This document shows positions 27,660-38,581 of a DNA stretch of 64,000 nucleotides, in pieces. Numbering within the stretch: position 1 is the first letter of the stretch; every line of letters begins with the position of its first letter. The translations under genes were made by a program, and so were the position numbers. The notes below the pieces were generated by a model that did no database searches, was not told where the DNA came from, and was given only the letters and a program-made list of their open reading frames with translations. Source of the DNA: Phormidesmis sp. (GTDB lineage: Bacteria; Cyanobacteriota; Cyanobacteriia; Leptolyngbyales; Leptolyngbyaceae); assembly GCA_965248535.1 (NCBI GenBank), contig CBDFJR010000002.1, forward strand, positions 2,048,001-2,112,000, read 5' to 3'.

Positions 27660-27844
27660 CAACAAAACTCCTCTAGCTGCCAGAAGACTCAATAATGCTG
27701 TGCATCTCAGTCTCCCATCTGGGTTGTGGCATTGGAGGGGTTTTATAGAAACGTTACAACGCGGGTCGCCACTCCCATCAGATTCCTAAAACCCTGACCC
27801 CTGAATCCCTTTAGACTAGATCAAACGCTTATCCCAATGCTTTG

Positions 27845-29230
27845 ATGAAACTGCCCGATGGATCTCGGTTGCCTTCGCTGCTGCAAACTCTGGCGATCGT
27901 GGCGCAACCAATCAACTTTCTTGAACGCTGTGCCCAAAAATATGGAGACACCTTTACGTTGCGGGTGTTGGGGATCAACTCACCACCTGTTGTCTTTTTT
28001 AGCCATCCTGATTCGATTCAGGCGATCTTTACGACGCTGGCAGACTCGTTTGAGTTTGGCAAAGTCACCCACATTTTTCGGCCGTTGGTGGGCGATCAGT
28101 CGGTGATTATGCAAGAAGGGCAACGCCACCAGCGACAGCGACAGTTGCTCATGCCTGCGCTGCACCGAGAACAGCTTTATGGTCAAGGGCGCGTGATTTG
28201 TGACCTGGCACGGCAGCAGATCGCAGACTGGCAGATCGGACGATCGCTCACCATTCGTCAAGAGATGTCAGAAATCTCGCTTCAGGTGATTTTGCAGGTC
28301 GTGTTTGGCATGGTGCCCGGAGCGCGATATGAACGGCTGAAACATTTGCTGAGTCACTTACTCGAAGCGATTACCTCACCGCTTTACTCGACGCAGTTCT
28401 TCTTTCCGATGCTTCAGCAAAATTTAGGAAAGCGAAGTCCGTGGGGCAGATTTTTGGCTCAACAGCAGCAGATTGATGAACTGATTTATGCCGAAATTGG
28501 CGATCGCCGATCTCAATCCCTCAACGAGCGAACCGATATTCTCTCAGTGTTGATGAACGCCACCGACGATCGGGGCGAATCGATGAGCGATATTGAACTG
28601 CGCGATCAGTTGATGACCCTGCTGCTGCTCGGTCACGAAACCACCGCATCGGGCTTGGCCTGGGCATTTTACTGGATTCATCGCCACTCAGAGTGTCTCG
28701 ATCGCTTGCTCACCGAGATCCAAACTCTAGGTGAGAATCCCGATCCAACAGCGCTGTCGCAGTTGCCTTATCTAACCGCCGTTTGCAAAGAAGCCCTGCG
28801 CGTTTACCCGATCGCTCTGATTTCTCAGCCGCGCAAAGTCAAAAAAACCGTTCAAATCGAGGGCTATGAGTTTGAGCCGGGGACGATTTTGGTGCCCTGC
28901 ATTTATTTGGCCCATCATCGAGCCGACACTTACCCAGAGCCAGAGCGATTTAACCCCGATCGCTTCATGACTCAAAAATTCTCGCCGTCTGAGTTTTTGC
29001 CCTTTGGCGGCGGCAGTCGCAGTTGTGTTGGCATGGCGCTGTCGTTGTTTGAGATGAAGCTGGTTTTAGCAACGGTTTTATCGAGCTATGGGTTTCAGAC
29101 TAACTACGATCGGGCGGTGCGTCCAGTGCGGCGCGGCATTACGTTTGTGCCACCTGACGATTTTCGGTTAAATGTGACGGGGCGGCGCTCGATCGAGAAC
29201 CCGATCCTTCAGCCCTTAGAATCAGCTTAG
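27845..29230 (+). CDS. Cytochrome P450 (CYP110-like)
   Basis: LGHETTA I-helix, EALR (ExxR), PERF, FGGGSRSCVG heme Cys. Confidence 0.95.
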   Translation: MKLPDGSRLPSLLQTLAIVAQPINFLERCAQKYGDTFTLRVLGINSPPVVFFSHPDSIQAIFTTLADSFEFGKVTHIFRPLVGDQSVIMQEGQRHQRQRQLLMPALHREQLYGQGRVICDLARQQIADWQIGRSLTIRQEMSEISLQVILQVVFGMVPGARYERLKHLLSHLLEAITSPLYSTQFFFPMLQQNLGKRSPWGRFLAQQQQIDELIYAEIGDRRSQSLNERTDILSVLMNATDDRGESMSDIELRDQLMTLLLLGHETTASGLAWAFYWIHRHSECLDRLLTEIQTLGENPDPTALSQLPYLTAVCKEALRVYPIALISQPRKVKKTVQIEGYEFEPGTILVPCIYLAHHRADTYPEPERFNPDRFMTQKFSPSEFLPFGGGSRSCVGMALSLFEMKLVLATVLSSYGFQTNYDRAVRPVRRGITFVPPDDFRLNVTGRRSIENPILQPLESA

Positions 29231-29254
29231 AGAGATGGTTTTATTGATGCCCTT

Positions 29255-30664
29255 ATGACTATCACCCCTTATCGGCTCGATCGTGCTCAAAATCAGAAAG
29301 CGATCGCTCACTTTCTATCGACGTGCAAAGCCACAAATTTTCGCAAAGCTCCTCAAATTGTCAGCATTTCATTAGAGATAGAATCGGTTGATCCGTTGGC
29401 AGTCCTTCAGGCAATCGTTAACCCTGCTCAGAGACACTTTTATTTTGAGAAAAGCGGTCAGCAAGAAGCAATTTTAGCCATCGATACGGCGATCGAGCTT
29501 AAAACTAAGGGCAAAAATCGATTCATTGAAGCCAAAGAATTCATTCGCAATGCTTCGGCTAATGCCATTCAGTTTGGCTCAGAAACGTCTTTTTCTGGAG
29601 CGCATTTTTTCTGTAATTTCTCATTTTTTGACGAGCAGCCAGAAAATTCAGCGTTTGCGGCTGCGTCAGTATTTCTCCCGCGCTGGCAGGTATCTCGTCA
29701 GGCAGATCGCTGCACGATCGTGGCAAATCTCCTCATCGATCACACTCTAGACCCTGATCAAGCCTCTGATCAGATATGGCAGAGGTTTCAGGCGATTCGT
29801 TCAGTGAGACATCAAGTGATTGATTTCGCGATCGACCCGCCAAATTTTCTCAGAAAACAAGACTTTTCTCACATTAATCACTTTAAAGACTCGGTTTTAT
29901 CTGCATTGAAATCGATTCAAAAAAATCACTTTCATAAAATTGTTTTAGCTCACGCATTAGACGTGACTTCACCCATTCCTTTTAACTTAGTTTCATCACT
30001 CAACAATCTACGAAATCTCTATTCCAATTGCTATATTTTTTCGACTAATCATAGTCAGGGACAAACCTTCATCGGGGCCAGTCCAGAACGGTTAGTTAAA
30101 ATTCATCGCCAGCATTTAGAAACGGATGCTTTAGCGGGTTCTGCGCCTCGCGGCAAGACGGCGATCGACGATGCTCACCTAGGCGATTGCTTGCTCTCCA
30201 GTCACAAAGAAACCCACGAACATCAAGTCGTGATTGATTTCATCACGCGCCATCTAGAAGAGTTGGGGCTAGAAACCCAGCGATCGGCGGCTCGTCTGCT
30301 GCGACTTCCCAACATTCAGCACCTATACACTCCGATTCGTGCGATCGTGCCTCCAGACGTGCACTTGCTAGATGTGGTGGCCAAACTACATCCGACTCCG
30401 GCGGTGGCAGGTGCTCCTAGAGAGCTTGCCTGTGAGCAGATTAGGCACTATGAGCAGTTTGAGCGATCGCTCTATGCGGCCCCGATCGGGTGGGTCGATC
30501 ACCAAGGCAACGGCGAATTTGCGGTCGGCATTCGATCGGCAGTGCTGAAGGGCTGTCAGGCTCGACTATTCGCCGGGGCAGGAATCGTGGCAGGTTCCAA
30601 TCCTGATAAAGAGTTAACCGAAGTTCAACTCAAGCTGCAAGCGCTGTTAGCCGCACTGGTCTAA
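29255..30664 (+). CDS. menF: Isochorismate synthase
   Basis: KIVLA, FIGASPERL, ALAGSAPRG, EHQVV, LHPTPAVAG, FAVGIRS, AGAGIVAGS. Confidence 0.93.
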   Translation: MTITPYRLDRAQNQKAIAHFLSTCKATNFRKAPQIVSISLEIESVDPLAVLQAIVNPAQRHFYFEKSGQQEAILAIDTAIELKTKGKNRFIEAKEFIRNASANAIQFGSETSFSGAHFFCNFSFFDEQPENSAFAAASVFLPRWQVSRQADRCTIVANLLIDHTLDPDQASDQIWQRFQAIRSVRHQVIDFAIDPPNFLRKQDFSHINHFKDSVLSALKSIQKNHFHKIVLAHALDVTSPIPFNLVSSLNNLRNLYSNCYIFSTNHSQGQTFIGASPERLVKIHRQHLETDALAGSAPRGKTAIDDAHLGDCLLSSHKETHEHQVVIDFITRHLEELGLETQRSAARLLRLPNIQHLYTPIRAIVPPDVHLLDVVAKLHPTPAVAGAPRELACEQIRHYEQFERSLYAAPIGWVDHQGNGEFAVGIRSAVLKGCQARLFAGAGIVAGSNPDKELTEVQLKLQALLAALV

Positions 30665-30704
30665 CCAAGCGACTACACTAATAGAGAGACGCGAGGGCTT
30701 TGCT

Positions 30705-31490
30705 ATGACCTCTTTTGCAGATTTACCAACCTTCACAAAACTGCCTGATCACACCCAGCTTCCCGAATCAGATGGCACCTTTGTGAAAAACTTTCTAGAA
30801 CACCCTCAGAGTGTTTTGTTAACAGACTCGATCGAGCCAATTTTGCAACAGCGCCATCCCGATGGACAATATTGCATCGGTCAAGACAGTGGCATCTATT
30901 GGCGAATAACCGACCCCCCCGAAAGAGACGCAGAGGCTCCTGATTGGTTTTTTGTGGCCAATGTGCCGCCTATGCTCAACGGAGAATCTCGCCGTTCTTA
31001 TGTGCTGTGGCAAGAATTGATCGCGCCGCTGATCGTGCTGGAGTTTGTCTCAGGAGACGGATCACAAGAGCGAGACACCACGCCCTGGACGGGCAAATTT
31101 TGGGTTTATGAACAGGTGATTCGTCCCGCTTTTTATGGGATTTATGAAGTCACCAAAGCGAGTGTCGAGGTCTATCACCTGGTTGAAAACCAATATCTCC
31201 CGGTGCCTACCAACGATCGGGGCCATTACCCTATTTCTCAGCTAGGCGTTGAGCTAGGAATTTGGCAAGGTCAGTATCAAAATCATCTGGATATTCCTTG
31301 GCTGCGCTGGTGGGACAATCAGGGCACCTTACTCCTCACTGGACACGAAACCGCCGCCCAGACTCAGCAACAGCTTGAGCAAGCCGAATCTCAACTTGAG
31401 CAAGCCGAATCTCAACTTGAGCAAGAACGTCAGCGCACAGAGCGGCTGATGGCCCAACTCCGGGCGCAAGGCATTGATCCAGAAGTTTAA
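30705..31490 (+). CDS. Uma2 family (DUF820) endonuclease-like protein with coiled-coil tail
   Basis: LPDHTQLPESDG, APDWF.V, RRSYVLW.E, VLEFVS, WLRWWD..G.LL; 21-bp tandem repeat at 31374-31425 (LEQAESQ). Confidence 0.88.
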   Translation: MTSFADLPTFTKLPDHTQLPESDGTFVKNFLEHPQSVLLTDSIEPILQQRHPDGQYCIGQDSGIYWRITDPPERDAEAPDWFFVANVPPMLNGESRRSYVLWQELIAPLIVLEFVSGDGSQERDTTPWTGKFWVYEQVIRPAFYGIYEVTKASVEVYHLVENQYLPVPTNDRGHYPISQLGVELGIWQGQYQNHLDIPWLRWWDNQGTLLLTGHETAAQTQQQLEQAESQLEQAESQLEQERQRTERLMAQLRAQGIDPEV

Positions 31491-31514
31491 GATCCAGAAG
31501 TTTAACTTTTCCGC

Positions 31515-33242
31515 ATGGCGATCGACTTCCGCAACATTAATACTGTCTGGGCTTCCGTCCTGGCAGAAACCCTTCAGCGTCTCGGTTTGACGACGGCTGT
31601 GATCTGTCCCGGTTCCCGATCGGCACCTTTAGCGATCGCCTTTGCTCAACATCCAAAAATCGAGGCGATTCCGGTTTTAGATGAGCGATCGGCGGCGTTT
31701 TTTGCTCTGGGTTTGGCACGACGCACTCATCAACCTGTGGTGCTAGTCTGCACCTCTGGCACGGCGGGTGCAAATTTCTATCCGGCGATTATTGAAGCGA
31801 GTGAAAGCCGCGTTCCTCTATTGGTTCTAACAGCCGATCGTCCGCCCGAACTGCGGAACTGCAACGCCGGACAAGCGATCGACCAGCAAAAACTTTTTGG
31901 CTCCTATCCCAAAGCCTATGCAGAGTTGGCATTGCCCGCGATCGAGCTACCGATGTTGGACTATTTACGGCAAACCTTGATCCAAGCTTGGCAGCGATCG
32001 CTGGGTTTGAATCCCGGAGTCGTTCATCTCAATATTCCGTTTCGCGATCCGCTCGTCCCGATTCTTCAGCCAGAAGCGCAAGCCCTAGAAGCCGTTTTTG
32101 ATCACGAAACCTTTTTTGGTCACGTCCAGCCCCCTTTTGCGCCCTCTGTGTCTGGATCTGAGTTTCCGTTTCCGCTCCCGGCTAACGGCATCATCATCGC
32201 GGGATGTGCTCAACCCACCTCACCAGTGCGCTATTGTCGGGCGATCGCTCATCTTTCAAAATCCTTAGGAATGCCTGTCTTAGCAGAAGGGTTGTCTCCG
32301 CTTCGCAACTACGCAAGCCTCAATCCTTATCTGATTTCGACCTATGATTTGATATTGCGGAACCCAGATTTAGCCCAAAAGCTAGCTCCCGATGTGGTGA
32401 TTCGGATCGGAGAAATGCCCACTAGCCGAGAACTGCGGCAGTGGTTAGCAGCAACGCAGCCGAGACAATGGGTGATTGACCCTAGCGATCGTAACCTCGA
32501 TCCCCTGCACGGTCTAACCACTCCTCTGCAAACCTCGATCGAGTCGCTAGCAGAAATCCTCTCGGTTGAGACGAGTTCGATAAGCCCTTATTTAGAGCTT
32601 TGGCAAACCGCCGACTCCAAAATCAGACACGCGATCGACCAAACGATGGCGATTTCAGACACCCTGTTTGAAGGCAAGGCCGCCTGGCTGCTGTCTCAGT
32701 GCTTGCCCCACGGAACGCCCCTGTTCATCTCGAATAGTATGCCTGTGCGCGATGTCGAATATTTTTGGAAGCCCGGAGATTCTGCCGTTCAGCCCTTTTT
32801 TAATCGCGGGGCCAATGGCATTGATGGCACGCTGTCAACCGCGCTAGGAGTCGCTCACCGCCATCAAAGCAGCGTCCTGTTAACAGGAGATCTGGCGCTT
32901 CTGCACGACACCAACGGATTTTTACTTCGCCATCATTTTGTCGGACATCTGACGATCGTGCTGATCAACAACAACGGCGGCGGAATTTTTGGAATGCTCC
33001 CGATCGCCCAGTTCGATCCCCCATTTGAAGAATTTTTTGCCACGCCGCAAACCATCAATTTTGCCAACCTGTGCCGAACCTACGATCTGGACTATGAGCA
33101 GATTCACACCTGGAGTCAGTTGGTTGAGCGTCTCAATCCACTTCCGTTTCACGGCATTCGCGTCTTAGAATTGCAAACTGATCGCACGGCCGATGCCCAA
33201 TGGCGGCACAATCATTTAGGCAGCTTTGCCCGATCGCTTTAA
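31515..33242 (+). CDS. menD: SEPHCHC synthase
   Basis: [62 protein letters not shown]. Confidence 0.95.
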   Translation: MAIDFRNINTVWASVLAETLQRLGLTTAVICPGSRSAPLAIAFAQHPKIEAIPVLDERSAAFFALGLARRTHQPVVLVCTSGTAGANFYPAIIEASESRVPLLVLTADRPPELRNCNAGQAIDQQKLFGSYPKAYAELALPAIELPMLDYLRQTLIQAWQRSLGLNPGVVHLNIPFRDPLVPILQPEAQALEAVFDHETFFGHVQPPFAPSVSGSEFPFPLPANGIIIAGCAQPTSPVRYCRAIAHLSKSLGMPVLAEGLSPLRNYASLNPYLISTYDLILRNPDLAQKLAPDVVIRIGEMPTSRELRQWLAATQPRQWVIDPSDRNLDPLHGLTTPLQTSIESLAEILSVETSSISPYLELWQTADSKIRHAIDQTMAISDTLFEGKAAWLLSQCLPHGTPLFISNSMPVRDVEYFWKPGDSAVQPFFNRGANGIDGTLSTALGVAHRHQSSVLLTGDLALLHDTNGFLLRHHFVGHLTIVLINNNGGGIFGMLPIAQFDPPFEEFFATPQTINFANLCRTYDLDYEQIHTWSQLVERLNPLPFHGIRVLELQTDRTADAQWRHNHLGSFARSL

Positions 33243-33261
33243 TCCTTACCCCCTCGTTTTT

Positions 33262-34095
33262 ATGACCGTCGAATGGCATCTCGTCAAACCCTACGAAGAC
33301 ATCCTTTACCACAAAATTGATGGCATCGCTAAAATCACCATCAACCGACCCCACAAGCGCAATGCCTTCCGACCCAAAACCGTCGTCGAACTCTATGACG
33401 CATTTAGCAACGCCCGTGAAGACAGCCGAATTGGCGTGATCTTTCTCACCGGGGCAGGGCCGCACACCGATGGCAAATACGCATTTTGTGCTGGGGGCGA
33501 TCAAAGCGTCCGGGGGCACGGGGGCTATGTAGATGAAGCCGGAACACCGCGATTAAACGTTTTAGATTTGCAGCGATTGATCCGATCGATGCCCAAAGTC
33601 ATCATCGCCCTAGTTGCCGGGTATGCGATCGGGGGGGGTCACGTCCTGCACATGCTGTGTGATTTGACGATCGCCGCCGATAACGCCATTTTTGGGCAAA
33701 CCGGGCCTAAAGTCGGCAGTTTTGACGGCGGATTTGGCGCAAGCTATATGGCGCGCATCGTCGGACAGAAAAAAGCGCGAGAAATTTGGTATCTCTGCCG
33801 CCAATACACAGCCACCCAAGCGTTAGAAATGGGATTGGTGAATTGCGTCGTGCCGATCGAGCACCTCGAAGCCGAAGGACTTCAGTGGGCAGGCGAAATT
33901 TTAGAGAAAAGCCCGATCGCCATTCGCTGCCTCAAGGCCGCCTTTAACGCTGACTGCGACGGTCAGGCAGGGCTGCAAGAACTCGCCGGAAACGCCACGC
34001 TGCTCTACTACATGACCGAAGAAGGCTCTGAAGGTAAACAAGCCTTCCTAGAAAAACGCCGCCCTGATTTCCGCAAATATCCCTGGTTGCCTTAG
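33262..34095 (+). CDS. menB: 1,4-dihydroxy-2-naphthoyl-CoA synthase
   Basis: [38 protein letters not shown]; start ATG 33262. Confidence 0.97.
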   Translation: MTVEWHLVKPYEDILYHKIDGIAKITINRPHKRNAFRPKTVVELYDAFSNAREDSRIGVIFLTGAGPHTDGKYAFCAGGDQSVRGHGGYVDEAGTPRLNVLDLQRLIRSMPKVIIALVAGYAIGGGHVLHMLCDLTIAADNAIFGQTGPKVGSFDGGFGASYMARIVGQKKAREIWYLCRQYTATQALEMGLVNCVVPIEHLEAEGLQWAGEILEKSPIAIRCLKAAFNADCDGQAGLQELAGNATLLYYMTEEGSEGKQAFLEKRRPDFRKYPWLP

Positions 34096-34179
34096 AATAT
34101 GGAGTCACAAAAATCGCACCTTTAACCAGGGTGCGATCAAAACAAGAGTAGTCAAAAACTCTGAGCTGTTCTTACAGAT

Positions 34180-34485
34180 CTACGCCGTTTTCTCTAAAGT
34201 AGCGGCATAGTCGCCTAAGCCACTCATCTCATAGGTTCTGCGAGAGTCATAGCGGCGATCGCCGCTAGAAACGGGAATTGGCAGCTTTTCTGATGACTCA
34301 CTCTGCAACGTCATGATGCGCTCAAACTGCCAGTTGGGGGCAAACACAGGCAACGCAAGAGAACAAGCTTTCCAACCTCCTTGAACCAAGACGTTAAGCT
34401 GACCACAAGTTCCTCCACGTCGTCCTTCAGGCACATAATGTCTGCAATGCCGACAGGCTGAAGCTGAGGAATCGGGGCGTTTCAT
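34180..34485 (-). CDS. Small Cys-rich hypothetical protein
   Basis: ACRHCRHYVPEGRRGGTC......G.WKAC, four Cys suggesting a metal site. Confidence 0.7.
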   Translation of the reverse strand: MKRPDSSASACRHCRHYVPEGRRGGTCGQLNVLVQGGWKACSLALPVFAPNWQFERIMTLQSESSEKLPIPVSSGDRRYDSRRTYEMSGLGDYAATLEKTA

Positions 34486-35144
34486 AATGATTAGACTTTT
34501 AGAAAAAGTTTGTATTGTTAAAGACTTTGCACGGGTTCTTAAAAAAGAGACTTGTTGCTAAGATCTGAGATTTATTAAGACTCATTGCGAGATTTAAATT
34601 ATCGCAATCTTCTTGGAATCAGAAACTAGCTTCACAGCCACGCGTTTAGCCTATGGTTCTATTGTGGATCTAAATATTTTGGGGATCAGGGGTCTAAAAA
34701 AGTTGAATTCTTGATGCTGTCAAGGTTTTAAGACTTTTGCTCTAAATCTTGGGTTTAGATTGTCTTTAGATTTGACCTAAAAATCAACGAAATTGATCTT
34801 AAAACTTCAAATTTATAGAGAAAACCTCCTCGGTTTTCACTAAAAACTAGCGGGGATCAATTAAAACTTAAGAATTCCACCCATGTCGATTAATCTAAAA
34901 TTCGGCTAGTAAGTTAGAGAATAAAATTTATATTGAGAAATAATCTTCTGCTTCAAGAGGTAATCAACCAAAGAATGCCGCTCGATATCGCTACAAGTTT
35001 AACGATTAGAAAAGTTTCTATCTCAAACTAGAAAACTTTTGATCACAAGAGCAGATGACAAAAGCACAAGAGTAGTGTAAAAAATTCAGCCCGATTGAAG
35101 GTCAAGATTTCTTCTATAGCGATGCGATTTGTAAAGATTTGACC

Positions 35145-35690
35145 CTACCAGTGCTTTGTGACACAAATAGCACAGGCTGACCAGCGCTGAAGCTCTCCGA
35201 TCGGGGTCGGGCAAGCGCACTGCGGGCACAGAGGCAAGTGCTGGCTGCGTGACTGCATCACTGCTGTCCAATAATCAAACGCGGCTTTGGGGTCTGTCGG
35301 GTTTGGGTGGGGGGGAATGGGTCGATCGTCTACTCGACTGGGGTGCTCTAGCCACAGCCGCGATCGCTCCATCTCATCTAGGGCTTGGCGATTGTCTGGG
35401 CTATGCCAGTGCGTCGTCGAAAATCGAATATCTGAGAGCGGTCTCGTCAGCAGAGCATTTAGCTTTCCTAGAATCTGTCGCCGCTCAAAGACAAGATTTT
35501 GCGCCCATCCTGCATTGGCCGCAGCCACCTTTAACACCTCGCGCTGAACGGTCACCGGGCGAGTTTGCGCTGCCACCGCCGAGCCAACGACATCAGACCA
35601 GTGTCTTAAAACCTGCTGCAACTGCGTTTCTTCAGACGGTCGATATTGAGGTGAGGAGCCTAAAACCCTTTGCAGGCGTTGAAAAGTCAT
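35145..35690 (-). CDS. DUF721/DciA-family protein with C-terminal Zn ribbon
   Basis: W..VVG..VAAQTRP......L.V......WAQ.L...R..IL..LN; CPQC and CAIC. Confidence 0.85.
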   Translation of the reverse strand: MTFQRLQRVLGSSPQYRPSEETQLQQVLRHWSDVVGSAVAAQTRPVTVQREVLKVAAANAGWAQNLVFERRQILGKLNALLTRPLSDIRFSTTHWHSPDNRQALDEMERSRLWLEHPSRVDDRPIPPHPNPTDPKAAFDYWTAVMQSRSQHLPLCPQCACPTPIGELQRWSACAICVTKHW

Positions 35691-35933
35691 AGAGGGTTAG
35701 AGAATTTTTTACAAAGGGGATGACCCTAAAGAATGCACCGTGCGATCGGGCGCTCTCGGCAAACCCCAAAAGACTGACGAAGTTTCGATCGAGGTTTTTG
35801 ATTCACTTTGAGCGGCGTGAATTACACTAGGAGCGCGGATTCTCAAAGTCGTCTCTCTCTAGATTAGCGCTTGTGAGATTCAGAATTTCAGCAAGCAGTC
35901 TAATCATCGGTTTCAAACGGTAGGAGTCAAAAA

Positions 35934-37211
35934 ATGCGTCACAGTCCGTCGGTTGAGTCTTCCCCTCAGTCTTCTCTTCCCTCGCTTCACCCAAAGCTGC
36001 AACGGGCTTTGGGATGTCTTGACACGCGGCTTGATGAAGAGTTGGCACGCTATCGACGGCAGCGATCCGGGCGCTCTGTGCCCCCCGTCAATGGGCTGAG
36101 ACGCAAACCAGCGGTCAAAGTCGATCTGATGTCGTTTTCGACCGCAGAAAGCGTTGCCCACACCAGCCAGGTGCCGCCCGTTCTCTCAGCAGAGCCGATT
36201 CCGCTCCGGTCAGGTGCGCCTGTGATGGAGCCAGATCTATCTTCAGAGTTAGCGGTGATTGCAGACGATCGTGACTTCGACTCTGCCACCCTCAGTCATT
36301 TGCCACATCATTCAGCCGCCGACTATGGCTTGACAGACACTTCAACCCCGCATGACGACTATTTAGAATCATCCGAAGAACTTTTGCGAAGTTTGGCGAG
36401 AGAAGAAGCCCAAGTGCAAGTCGAGCGCGGCTTTTTAGAGAGCCTAGTGACTCCGCTAGGGGTGGGTTCTATGCTGGTGCTGCTATTGTCGAGCGCCATG
36501 TTTGGCTATGTGATTATGAACCCCTCTAGTCTAAGCGGGTTGAGCCAAATTTTTGCCCGCCGAGAAGCTGCTCCTAGCCCAGCGCCTACTGCCCAAGGGT
36601 CACCCGCAGACATTCCTAATAAACCCCCACTAGATGCCAAAGAGTTTGTCGATTTGGGGCTAGGCAATTTGACCACCTTAAAGACGCGCCCGACGAGTGG
36701 GCTGCCTCAAAACGGCAAGCCTTCCCCCACGCCTGCGGCATCAGCGTTGCCTGCTGCGGCGACCGTTGCCTCGCCGAGTGTGAGTCAGCCCAATTCTGTC
36801 GCTGCCCCTAGCGCCCCTGCGCCTGTGACGGCTGAAAGCGCTCCGGGGCGCTCTGCCCCAGCAGTTAGATCCAATCCGGCTCCAGTGGTCAGCTATCCGC
36901 GATCGAGCTATTCTCCAGCGCCAACGATTCACCGAGTTGCGCCGATCGCACCGTTGCCCACGGTAGCCATTCCTCGCCCTCAAGCTCCGATCGAGCGTCC
37001 CCCTGCGCCTGCACCTTCTTATCACGTTGATACGCCCTACGACAACGATCGCACCTATGACAAGATTCAGCAGGCCAATGCAGGGGCTGAGTTAGTCAAT
37101 ACGCCCGAAGGCGGCTTTATTCGATCGGGGAGCTATCGCAGCGAGGCCGAAGCCAAGGCAAAAGCTGAGGAATTGCAGCGTCAAGGCATTTCAGCCGAAG
37201 TCCGCAAATAG
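35934..37211 (+). CDS. Membrane-anchored Pro-rich protein with a probable C-terminal SPOR-like domain
   Basis: LD..LDEELARYRR N-terminus, YLESSEELL, one TM, C-terminal GSY...A.A....LQRQGISAEV. Confidence 0.7.
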   Translation: MRHSPSVESSPQSSLPSLHPKLQRALGCLDTRLDEELARYRRQRSGRSVPPVNGLRRKPAVKVDLMSFSTAESVAHTSQVPPVLSAEPIPLRSGAPVMEPDLSSELAVIADDRDFDSATLSHLPHHSAADYGLTDTSTPHDDYLESSEELLRSLAREEAQVQVERGFLESLVTPLGVGSMLVLLLSSAMFGYVIMNPSSLSGLSQIFARREAAPSPAPTAQGSPADIPNKPPLDAKEFVDLGLGNLTTLKTRPTSGLPQNGKPSPTPAASALPAAATVASPSVSQPNSVAAPSAPAPVTAESAPGRSAPAVRSNPAPVVSYPRSSYSPAPTIHRVAPIAPLPTVAIPRPQAPIERPPAPAPSYHVDTPYDNDRTYDKIQQANAGAELVNTPEGGFIRSGSYRSEAEAKAKAEELQRQGISAEVRK

Positions 37212-37284
37212 TCAGAAATCGCAGCTAGAAAGGTACGGTAATATTGAGGGTAATGAGCGAGAGCCGCATTACCGGAGATCAGCG

Positions 37285-38010
37285 ATGGGACTTGTTGACC
37301 GAATTTGGCGAGCGATTCGTGCAAATATTAACCACCTAGTGAGTCAGGTCGAAGATCCAGAAAAGATTCTGGAGCAGACGGTTTTAGATATGCAGGAAGA
37401 CTTGATCCATCTTCGGCAGGCAGTGGCTCAAGCGATCGCGACTCAAAAGCGCACTGAGCGGCAGTGTTCTCAAGCCAAATCAATGTCAGAAGAATGGTAT
37501 CGCCGCGCCCAGTTAGCGCTGCAAAAAGGGGATGAACCCTTGGCAAGAGAAGCGTTGACTCGTCGCAAATCCTATCAAGAGACCGCCGAAGCGATGGAGG
37601 CGCAACTGACTCAGCAGAGAGCGATCGTCACCACGCTTAAGCAAAACATGATGAAGCTAGAGAGCAAAATCTCAGAAGCAAAAACTAAAAAAGACCTCTA
37701 CATCGCCCGTGCTCGTTCTGCAAAAGCCTCTCAGCAGCTTAATGAGATGTTGAGCAATGTGGGCACGGGCAGCGCGATGAGTGCGTTTGAGCGCATGGAA
37801 GAAAAAGTGTTGCAGCTAGAGGCGCAGTCAGCGGCGATCGCAGAGCTAGGCACCGATGATTTAGAAAAACGATTTGAGTCGCTAGGCGAAGCCGATGACA
37901 TTGACGCAGAGCTAACCGCGATGAAAAATCATCTTACCGGAAACTCTGCTCAACTGCCAGAAGCCGATCCAGATTTAGAGAAACTGCGTTCTCAGATTCG
38001 TGGGACGTGA
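37285..38010 (+). CDS. PspA/IM30 family protein
   Basis: MGL.DRI.R.IRAN.N, EDPEKILEQ, A..AL.KGDE.LAREAL, AFERMEEKV. Confidence 0.92.
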   Translation: MGLVDRIWRAIRANINHLVSQVEDPEKILEQTVLDMQEDLIHLRQAVAQAIATQKRTERQCSQAKSMSEEWYRRAQLALQKGDEPLAREALTRRKSYQETAEAMEAQLTQQRAIVTTLKQNMMKLESKISEAKTKKDLYIARARSAKASQQLNEMLSNVGTGSAMSAFERMEEKVLQLEAQSAAIAELGTDDLEKRFESLGEADDIDAELTAMKNHLTGNSAQLPEADPDLEKLRSQIRGT

Positions 38011-38016
38011 TGAGTG

Positions 38017-38524
38017 ATGGAAGGCATCGAAGCGATTTACAACTTCTTAAAGCTGTCTGACTCACATTGCCACAGCCGGACAACCGACTGAGGAACAGTT
38101 TGTGGCGATTAAAGCAGCAGGTTATCAAATCGTCGTCAATCTTGCTCCTTCTGACTCAACGAATGCAATTCCTCATGAGAAGGATATTGTGGAATCGCTG
38201 GGCATGACCTACATCCACATTCCTGTGCCTTGGACAAAGCCAACGTCTGGACATCTCGACCAATTTTTTCCAATCATCACTGAAAACGCTGAGATTCCTG
38301 TTTTTGTCCACTGTGCCAAAAATATGAGGGTGTCTGCTTTTATGTATCTCTATCGTCGTGTGCACGATCGCCTCTCTGATCAGCAAGCGAAATCAGATCT
38401 GCACAAAATTTGGATTCCGAATGAGACGTGGCAAGCATTCATTCAAGAAGCGATTTATTGGTACACACCGCCTAGGACGAATGGCGAACTAACGGATGAA
38501 ATGATCACTGGAGAATTTTGGTAA
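38017..38524 (+). pseudogene. Phosphatase-like protein (DUF442/PTP-like) with a frameshift near 38065
   Basis: MEGIEAIYNFLKLSDS from ATG 38017 continues in the next frame as IATAGQPTEEQF...VHCAKNMRVS. Confidence 0.7.
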
Positions 38525-38581
38525 GGGCATAGCGTTGCTGTGCCCATCACCTAGGCGAGCAACCGAGATGCTTTAATCTAT

